This document shows, one piece after another, positions 57,418-64,000 of a stretch of 64,000 bases of DNA (position 1 is the first letter of the stretch; each line of letters begins with the position of its first letter). The notes under the pieces were generated by a model that ran no database searches, had not been told where the DNA came from, and saw only the letters and a list, made by a program, of their open reading frames with translations. A program made the position numbers and the translations under genes. The DNA lies in assembly GCA_018812245.1 (NCBI GenBank), contig JAHJDW010000163.1:41435-105434 (forward strand), read 5' to 3'. Source of the DNA: Bacteroidota bacterium. GTDB taxonomy: Bacteria; Bacteroidota; Bacteroidia; Bacteroidales; JAHJDW01.

Positions 57418-57996
57418 TTAATTTCCAACATTATTTACTGTTGCCGTCATTGTTTCTTTTTGTAGTGCTACAAGACGTTCCTGCAGCATTTTTTTTGCTT
57501 TTGCATACTGCGACTTGGATGTGCTCTCGGAGATATTCAGTATTGTAGCAATCTCCTTATGCGAATACCCTTCGTATGCGTATAAGTTAAAAACCGTTCT
57601 CTTTCCATCGGGCAGCTCCCCTATCAGCTTGACCAACTCCTCCACCGAGAGTCGGGAAACTGCTTCGTCTTCAATTAGTTCAGCGTTTCCCAGATTTTCA
57701 GAATCAACATCAGCGTAATAAATCACATTCTTCTTAATGAAATTGATGGCTGTGTTGACCATTATCCGGCGGATCCATCCTTCGAGGGAACCCTGGAGTT
57801 TGAACGTATTCAGTTTTTCAAAGACCTTAATAAAACCTTCCTGCAAAATATCATCAGCTCCCGTCCTATCCTTCACATACCGCAGACAAACACCATACAT
57901 TTTTCCTGCGTAGGTTCTGTAGAGCAGCCGTTGGGCTTCCCTGTCCTTTTTCAGACACTGTGTTACCAGATGCTCTTCGTTGACCATAAAAACCAT
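57418..57996 (-). CDS. ECF-type RNA polymerase sigma-70 factor.
   Basis: Region 2 (DILQEGFIKVF) and region 4 (GYSHKEIATILNISESTSKSQ) are both present. Confidence 0.88.
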   Translation of the reverse strand: MVFMVNEEHLVTQCLKKDREAQRLLYRTYAGKMYGVCLRYVKDRTGADDILQEGFIKVFEKLNTFKLQGSLEGWIRRIMVNTAINFIKKNVIYYADVDSENLGNAELIEDEAVSRLSVEELVKLIGELPDGKRTVFNLYAYEGYSHKEIATILNISESTSKSQYAKAKKMLQERLVALQKETMTATVNNVGN

Positions 57997-58038
57997 TTAC
58001 TCGGTTTGACTGCGGAAATATACAAAAAATATTCGACA

Positions 58039-58311
58039 TCAAGGTTTAAGTTGCTTAATTGTTTTTTCTCTTCTCTCCATTAATCCCAGCAAGCGTTTCC
58101 ACCAATGAACCTTTGGCCTGACATCCACATAAAAAACGAATGATGCTTCACTGGCATAAGGATAATTGTATGAAAAGTCGTTCAATGTAACTTCTTCAAA
58201 CGCTTTTTTCCTACTGGAATAGTCAAGATCAAAATTTGTCAGGTGCAGGAAGTTGGCAATCATTTGCCCTCTTTCGTCTTTAAAATGCACGTTGTGTTGT
58301 CTCGTTTCCAT
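58039..58311 (-). CDS. Hypothetical protein (90 aa).
   Basis: ORF only, co-directional with the sigma gene. Confidence 0.3.
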   Translation of the reverse strand: METRQHNVHFKDERGQMIANFLHLTNFDLDYSSRKKAFEEVTLNDFSYNYPYASEASFVFYVDVRPKVHWWKRLLGLMERREKTIKQLKP

Positions 58312-58331
58312 AGCGCCTAATTATTGAAGAT

Positions 58332-58478
58332 TATAAATATTCACTGTAATTGTCTTTCAAATGCTTGTACATTCTTCGCTGTACTTTTCTTTTAAGAACC
58401 AGATAGTAAACATAGACCCCTGCGAATACTACTCCGGTTGATCCGGCCATAATGGTAAAAAATCCTGCGTCGTTCATG
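58332..58478 (-). CDS. Possible 48-aa single-TM protein.
   Basis: The translation is MNDAGFFTIMAGSTGVVFAGVYVYYLVLKRKVQRRMYKHLKDNYSEYL. It falls below the ORF-track size cutoff, and I translated it by hand. Confidence 0.25.
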
Positions 58479-58496
58479 GCTTCTGCGTTTTAGGGT

Positions 58497-58613
58497 TCAT
58501 TTTTTCCTGATAAGATGAAGAACAGTGTAAAGTGTTCGGATGGCGATCATCGCCCCCAGAAAGAAAATCACTTTAAGAATCATCGCGTCAATATTGCATA
58601 GAATTGCATTCAT
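58497..58613 (-). CDS. Possible 38-aa single-TM protein.
   Basis: The translation is MNAILCNIDAMILKVIFFLGAMIAIRTLYTVLHLIRKK, taken from an internal ATG of ORF 58497-58763. Confidence 0.2.
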   Translation of the reverse strand: MNAILCNIDAMILKVIFFLGAMIAIRTLYTVLHLIRKK

Positions 58614-58847
58614 TTCATTGAATTTTTGCGTCCTACATTTAAGACAAAGGCGGAGAAAAAAAAGTTGCCGTCGTAGAAGAAAAATTGACTGAATACAACG
58701 GAAAAACAAACCGACGGGTCTAAAGAAATATGTTAAATTAGTATTTTGATCAGATTTTGGCATTTTGTGTTTTCTCTCTAAATGGTTGTCCCTAACTTTG
58801 CCTCACGCAATTCATCACCGGAATAAGAAAAAAAGCTCTTCAACGCA

Positions 58848-59762
58848 ATGAAAATCAGCGGTTTCACCATGGTGCGCAATGCCGATAAGTATTACTTCCC
58901 TATCCGTGAGTCAATACTCTCTGTGCTGACAATCGTGGACGAATACATTGTGGCGCTGGGCGATAGTGATGCCGACGACAAAACCCGCGAAATCATAGAG
59001 TCCATTCAATCTCCAAAAGTCAAAATCATTGATCGCAAATGGGATGAGGTTGATTTTGTTGACGGGCGAATTTTTGCAAATGAAACCAACTATGCACTCT
59101 CGCAATGTTCAGGCGACTGGTGCATATACCTTCAGGCCGACGAAGTAGTGCACGAAAACGGTCTGCAAAACATTGTGGGTACCTGCTCCAAATACCTGAA
59201 CAAGGACAGGGTTGATGGAATTTTGCTGAATTTCCATCATTTCTACGGCGATTACAATCACTATCTGCCCATTCACGGTTGGTGCAAGCAAGATATCCGT
59301 GTGTTGAAAAATCACCGCAACATCTATTCACACAAAGATGCAAATTCGTTTCGCAAGGGCGAAAACGAAAAACTCAACGTAGTTGACACCGCAGCACGGC
59401 TGTTTCACTACGGCTGGGTGCGGCCACCCGAACGGATGCAGTCGAAGAAAAAAGAACAGGATTCGATGCACCATGGAAAAACAAAAATCCAGGAAGTTTA
59501 CCGCGCAAAACCCCAAAACTTCGACTACGGTCCGCTGGGCAGGGTTCCGGTTTTCAGGGAAACTCACCCCGAAGTCATGGCGGATTTCATCAAAAAAATG
59601 AACTGGCAAGATGAGCTTAATTTTACCCGAAAAGGAAAAATTGAGCGGCCAAAAATGAAACACGAAAAGCACAAATATCGCATGCTTTCATTCCTCGAAA
59701 AACACCTGAAAAACGGAAGAGAGTTTGGTGGTTACTCAAACTGGAACAAGGCTAATGTCTGA
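58848..59762 (+). CDS. Glycosyltransferase family 2-like protein.
   Basis: It has a GT-A-type N-terminus (ISGFTMVRNADKYYFPIRESILSVL...) and an acidic QADE motif. A TAACTTTG -7 box lies upstream. Confidence 0.5.
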   Translation: MKISGFTMVRNADKYYFPIRESILSVLTIVDEYIVALGDSDADDKTREIIESIQSPKVKIIDRKWDEVDFVDGRIFANETNYALSQCSGDWCIYLQADEVVHENGLQNIVGTCSKYLNKDRVDGILLNFHHFYGDYNHYLPIHGWCKQDIRVLKNHRNIYSHKDANSFRKGENEKLNVVDTAARLFHYGWVRPPERMQSKKKEQDSMHHGKTKIQEVYRAKPQNFDYGPLGRVPVFRETHPEVMADFIKKMNWQDELNFTRKGKIERPKMKHEKHKYRMLSFLEKHLKNGREFGGYSNWNKANV

Positions 59763-59770
59763 AGAAACCC

Positions 59771-61390
59771 TTATTCTGCCAAATCAATTTCCACCGTCAT
59801 TTTGTACAAAACGGGCTTCCCGTTTTTCACGGCTGGCGACCAACTTTCGCAATCCCAGATCAGGTGCCGCCCGGTATCCCGAAGATCTTCGGTCGCAGCT
59901 GTAACGACGGGGCTAACCGGGTAACCTTTGGTTGTAATAAAAAATGTGATCACCATTTTTCCTCCTTTGGCTATTCCCGTGGTTGAACTTTTTAGGTAAT
60001 CCATAAAATCAACCATCCCGTCTTTGTAGGTTTTTCTGTTGACCGGGTTGTAAACAGGCAGCGAGTCAGGATTAGCACAGGGTTCGTAATACACAGCCTC
60101 CAATTCCGGATTTTTGGGGTTGATGGCATCAATTTCCTTTCCGTATTGCTCAATCATCAGCCAGAAATCCAGATTTTCATCCTTTTCAATATTTGATAGT
60201 TGCCGGTCTGCTGTTTTTTCAGCAACAAACCAGTTGATCTCAGGGCGCAACACCATGTTTTTGTCTTGTGAAATTCCGACAAACCCGCCACAAAACTGCA
60301 TCTCAATTTCTTCGTCATAGTACTTCCAGGTAAAATCGCAAACCGACAATCCGGAGGTAAAATCGTCACCTCCTAATCCATTGTAAAACAACTCAGGTTC
60401 CCTCAAATCTTTGGTCGGATCAAAGGTTAAATACCGATTCCTTATGATTTTCTTCTCTTTGTTTTCGATGTACGGAAAAAATTTTGTCGCCCAGCCCGTT
60501 GCACGACTCCCTCCGCTTGTTGATCCCCATTTATATATTGACTTCCAGAAAACAGGATCAATTTCACCCTTCGACGACTGATAAATTTTTTCTATTACCG
60601 GCTCAAGATTATCAATCCAGAATTCAAGGCCATACTTGCGAAATACCGGCAAATGATCCAGTATCTTTTTCCAGTCTTCCGGTGTTCCTTCGAGTATGAC
60701 GTAGGGAATTCCACAGGCAGTGAGTACATCGAAGCTGTAATAATCGCTAAGCGCATCCATCAGCGTTATCTGGCAGGCAATTTCATCTTTTGCCGTTGTG
60801 GTCGAAAAGTGCAGCAGCATTGAATCGACCATAGCGGCGCCCATATCTTCCTTTATCTGACCAGTAAATTCCGGAAACACCTTGTCCCACGCATTATACA
60901 AATTTCCTTTCACGAACTCATCGTGCCTTACCTGAAGTTTTTTCTTCCCGGGGAAATCAACCAGTGCTGTTTTCAGTGAATCAGAATAATAATATATGTG
61001 TCGGGCAAATCCTTGCAGTATCATTAGCCATGCCATATCGGGCGAAATGGAAACCAGTCTGTGATGCGCAAACCCGTAGTGCAATGCCGCGATAAACGGG
61101 TGCATACGCGAAGCAACAAGTTTCTTGTCCTTGTCGGCAATTGAAAACGCTTCAATTTTTCCGTTAGTGAGCTTTCCGATGGCATTCTGAAACGAAATTT
61201 CCGGCAATGGGCTTTTTGCGAGAGGGACATCGGAAACATTGATCTTCAGAAAATTTCCTGTGTTTCCGGCTGAAGGGTTTTGTGCACTGGAATTCCCACA
61301 AATAATCGTGAAGAGCACGAAAACAAACCGCAGCAAACCCTTGCAACGTCTCCAACAGTGAATATCTGATTTCTTCATGTCAAAATTCAT
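59771..61390 (-). CDS. DUF4419-like protein with a C-terminal TonB_C-like module.
   Basis: The DUF4419 core reads MHPFIAALHYGFAHHRLVSISPDMAWLMILQGFARHI. The C-terminus reads GKMVITFFITTKGYPV...WSPAVKNGKPVLYKMTVEI. The N-terminus is signal-like. Confidence 0.5.
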   Translation of the reverse strand: MNFDMKKSDIHCWRRCKGLLRFVFVLFTIICGNSSAQNPSAGNTGNFLKINVSDVPLAKSPLPEISFQNAIGKLTNGKIEAFSIADKDKKLVASRMHPFIAALHYGFAHHRLVSISPDMAWLMILQGFARHIYYYSDSLKTALVDFPGKKKLQVRHDEFVKGNLYNAWDKVFPEFTGQIKEDMGAAMVDSMLLHFSTTTAKDEIACQITLMDALSDYYSFDVLTACGIPYVILEGTPEDWKKILDHLPVFRKYGLEFWIDNLEPVIEKIYQSSKGEIDPVFWKSIYKWGSTSGGSRATGWATKFFPYIENKEKKIIRNRYLTFDPTKDLREPELFYNGLGGDDFTSGLSVCDFTWKYYDEEIEMQFCGGFVGISQDKNMVLRPEINWFVAEKTADRQLSNIEKDENLDFWLMIEQYGKEIDAINPKNPELEAVYYEPCANPDSLPVYNPVNRKTYKDGMVDFMDYLKSSTTGIAKGGKMVITFFITTKGYPVSPVVTAATEDLRDTGRHLIWDCESWSPAVKNGKPVLYKMTVEIDLAE

Positions 61391-61573
61391 TACGCAATTT
61401 TACATAAAATTATGCAGCCACAATTACATACGTTTAGGATTTTTGTCAAATTCTGCTTGTGAAAAATTTACCCTCAGTCGAATCATTCATCTCTCATTTC
61501 GCAGCACACATTGGAATTATCTGATAATTAAGCGATTGATTTTTTTGTTCTCTTAATTTTTCATTGTTTTGTT

Positions 61574-63769
61574 ATGAAAAATCTAAGGAAGATAGTGATG
61601 AAAACGTTGAGATTAATTGTGATTATTTGGGTAAGTATTTCGCTGCATATCAGTGCGATAGCCGACGAAGGAATGTGGATTCCCATGTTGCTGGGAGAAA
61701 AGAATTATGCTGAAATGCAACGCCTCGGACTGAAGCTTAGCCCCGAGCAACTTTATAGCATCAACAACGCCAGTTTGAAAGACGCCATCGTGATGCTCGA
61801 TCATGGATCATGTACAGGCGAGATCATTTCGGATCAGGGGCTACTGCTTACCAATCATCATTGCGGATACGGTCAGATTCAGGCCCACAGCAGTGTGGAG
61901 CACGATTATCTGACGGATGGTTTCTGGGCAAAATCGAAGGAAGAAGAGCTGCCAAATCCCGGTAAAACAGTTTCGTTTCTGGTGCGCATCGAAGACGTAA
62001 CCTCCAAGGTGCTGAATGGGATCAAAGAAGGAATGTCGCTTACCGAAAGAGATGAAAAAATTGCTGCATCAATAAATGCCATTACTGAAGGAATAAAAAA
62101 AGAGGGTCAAAACGAGGCACGGGTAGCTGAAATGTTCGACGGGAACGAGTATTTCCTTTTCGTTTACGAAACCTATACTGATGTTCGACTGGTTGGAGCG
62201 CCGCCATCAGCAATCGGGAAATTTGGTGGTGATACCGACAATTGGATGTGGCCTCGCCATACCGGCGATTTCAGTTTGTTTCGTGTATATTGTAGCCCGG
62301 ATGGCAAGCCAGCTCCATATTCCAAAGACAATGTTCCGCTGAAACCTAAATCTCACCTGCCGATCAGTGTTAAGGGAATGAAAGAAAACGACTTTGCAAT
62401 GATTTGGGGTTACCCGGGAAGCACCTCACGGTATCTTACATCCTGGGGAATTGACCTTGCGCTTGAGCAAACCAATGCGGCAATTGTGAAAATCAGGGAG
62501 AAAAAACTGGCTATCATGAGTGCCGACATGGATGCCAACGCAGCAGTTCGAATCCAATATGCCTCAAAATACGCCCGCACTGCTAATTACTGGAAATATT
62601 TTCAGGGACAGACAAAAGGATTAAAGAAACTGAATGTGCTTCAGGAAAAAAGAAATATAGAGGAGGAATTTACAATTTGGATCAAAAAAGATCCGGCCCG
62701 TGAAAAAAAGTACGGCAATGTGCTGCCTGCTATTTCTGCCTACTATGCCAAAGTTAGCAGCGACAAATCGCAGCTTGCATCGGTTTACTACCGCGAGACG
62801 CTACCGGGATGCGAGATAATTCTCTTTGCTTTCCGAATGAAAGGTTTGCTTGAAAGTCTGAAAAAGAACGATTTCGACAATGTGAAGAAAAAATATGAAG
62901 ATCTGGCCGCATCGTATTACAAAGACTACAATCTGGAAACTGACAAGAAAATAACCAAAGATCTGCTTGGTTTGATAGCAACTGATTTGCCGGAATCGCT
63001 GCAACCTGATATTTTCAAAGAAATCATCAAAAAGCACAAAGGCAATTTCGGCGATTATGTTGAAAAATTGTACGCATCATCAATATACGCATCACTTGAT
63101 AACTACACCGCTTTCCTGAAAAAGCCGGATTTGAAGAAACTGGAAAACGATCCGGCGCACAGGCTGATGGAATCTGTGCTTGTGCAATACCGGGCAACCA
63201 GTGGGGTGCAAGACAAGGATTTTGATGAAGCAACACGTCTTTTTGCCGCCGGGCTGCAAGAGATGTATCCCGACCGGAAATTCTATCCCAACGCTAACAG
63301 CACCATGCGTTGTACCTACGGAAGTGTTCTTGATTATTTTCCGGCTGATGCTGTTCACTATAGCTGGCAAACCACGCTCGACGGAGTTATACAGAAAGAA
63401 GACCCCACAAACGACGAATTCATAGTGCCCGCGAAGCTCAAGGAGCTGTATAATGCCCGCGACTATGGGGTTTATGGTGAAAATGGCAAAATGCCGGTCT
63501 GCTTCCTCACAAACAACGACATCACTGGTGGAAATAGCGGTTCACCGGTAATAAACGCAAACGGCGAACTCATTGGAACCGCCTTTGATGGAAACTGGGA
63601 AGCAATGAGCTGCGATATAGCATTTGTCACGGATATGCAACGCACCATAGCCTGTGATATCAGGTATGTGTTGTTTATCATTGACAAATACGCCGGAGCA
63701 TCAAACCTGATTGCTGAAATGGAAATTCGCGGCGCAGAGAGTACGGGGCCGAAAAAAGCCGCAAACTAA
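61574..63769 (+). CDS. S46-family dipeptidyl-peptidase (DPP7/DPP11 type).
   Basis: It carries ADEGMWIP, the His motif LLTNHHCG and the Ser motif TGGNSGSPV. Confidence 0.9.
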   Translation: MKNLRKIVMKTLRLIVIIWVSISLHISAIADEGMWIPMLLGEKNYAEMQRLGLKLSPEQLYSINNASLKDAIVMLDHGSCTGEIISDQGLLLTNHHCGYGQIQAHSSVEHDYLTDGFWAKSKEEELPNPGKTVSFLVRIEDVTSKVLNGIKEGMSLTERDEKIAASINAITEGIKKEGQNEARVAEMFDGNEYFLFVYETYTDVRLVGAPPSAIGKFGGDTDNWMWPRHTGDFSLFRVYCSPDGKPAPYSKDNVPLKPKSHLPISVKGMKENDFAMIWGYPGSTSRYLTSWGIDLALEQTNAAIVKIREKKLAIMSADMDANAAVRIQYASKYARTANYWKYFQGQTKGLKKLNVLQEKRNIEEEFTIWIKKDPAREKKYGNVLPAISAYYAKVSSDKSQLASVYYRETLPGCEIILFAFRMKGLLESLKKNDFDNVKKKYEDLAASYYKDYNLETDKKITKDLLGLIATDLPESLQPDIFKEIIKKHKGNFGDYVEKLYASSIYASLDNYTAFLKKPDLKKLENDPAHRLMESVLVQYRATSGVQDKDFDEATRLFAAGLQEMYPDRKFYPNANSTMRCTYGSVLDYFPADAVHYSWQTTLDGVIQKEDPTNDEFIVPAKLKELYNARDYGVYGENGKMPVCFLTNNDITGGNSGSPVINANGELIGTAFDGNWEAMSCDIAFVTDMQRTIACDIRYVLFIIDKYAGASNLIAEMEIRGAESTGPKKAAN

Positions 63770-63885
63770 AATCCCTTTCCGAATCAACCGGAAAATAATT
63801 ATCTTGCACCCATCTTAATGGTATTTATGATGAAAATGTTAGCATTTTCTTAAGATGCCTTGCTAAAAAATCTATCAATCAGCAT

Positions 63886-64000
63886 ATGCTACTGAAAGAT
63901 TTCAGAAACCATATTGAGCAACCGGGGCTTCAAAAATACACTGGTAATACTTTGCTCACAGTAAGCGGAGGTGCTGATTCGGTGGTGATGGCCTGGCTGT
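63886..64000 (+). CDS. tilS: tRNA(Ile)-lysidine synthase, N-terminal fragment. The gene runs off the window end.
   Basis: The translation MLLKDFRNHIEQPGLQKYTGNTLLTVSGGADSVVMAWL carries the PP-loop motif SGGxDS. Confidence 0.7.
   Translation, partial: MLLKDFRNHIEQPGLQKYTGNTLLTVSGGADSVVMAWL

Noticed and set aside
1-64000. Search for tRNA, rRNA, tmRNA, RNase P, SRP RNA, riboswitches, integrases, transposases, inverted terminal repeats and CRISPR arrays.
   Set aside because: I recognised none by eye in the short intergenic regions. Intergenic space is mostly under 150 bp. A covariance-model scan (Infernal/Rfam, tRNAscan-SE) would be needed to exclude small RNAs.

Overview
This is a 64-kb chromosomal window from a Bacteroidota-type genome. 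The phylum call rests on T9SS C-terminal sorting domains, a SprE/PorW-like lipoprotein, TAnnTTTG -7 promoter boxes, and two phylum-typical syntenies: purH-mreB-mreC-mreD-mrdA-rodA, and pdxJ / CBS-nadK-DUF6089-uppS-bamA-skp-skp. About 55 densely packed protein genes are present. Most are housekeeping: cell shape, outer-membrane biogenesis, nucleotide salvage, and isoprenoid and LPS precursors. I recognised no rRNA, tRNA, CRISPR array, transposase or integrase, so most of the window looks ordinary.

The non-routine content is:
1. A membrane-bound Cache-PAS-CBS-DUF294 nucleotidyltransferase sensor. It sits directly behind a porin gene and a terminator hairpin.
2. An exported TPR-CHAT caspase-like protease.
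3. A translationally coupled MMPL/RND exporter-rfbA-SDR block, followed by a polyprenyl synthase and an atypical cyanophycinase-like (S51) protein.
4. A triplicated DUF6089-like barrel plus an extra Omp85 gene inside the conserved bamA neighbourhood.
5. A BlaI-type repressor with three AACTAA-N4-TTAGTT operators. Its BlaR1/M56-TonB_C partner has lost the HExxH core.
6. A duplicated 28-bp perfect palindrome bracketing a TonB_C gene.
7. A DUF4419-TonB_C-like fusion.
8. Several decayed genes: an in-frame TAA in an FtsX permease, HigA-like and alpha/beta-hydrolase remnants, and an AT-rich fragment zone at 1.45-2.3 kb.

All domain calls come from reading motifs in the supplied translations by eye. 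No searches were run.
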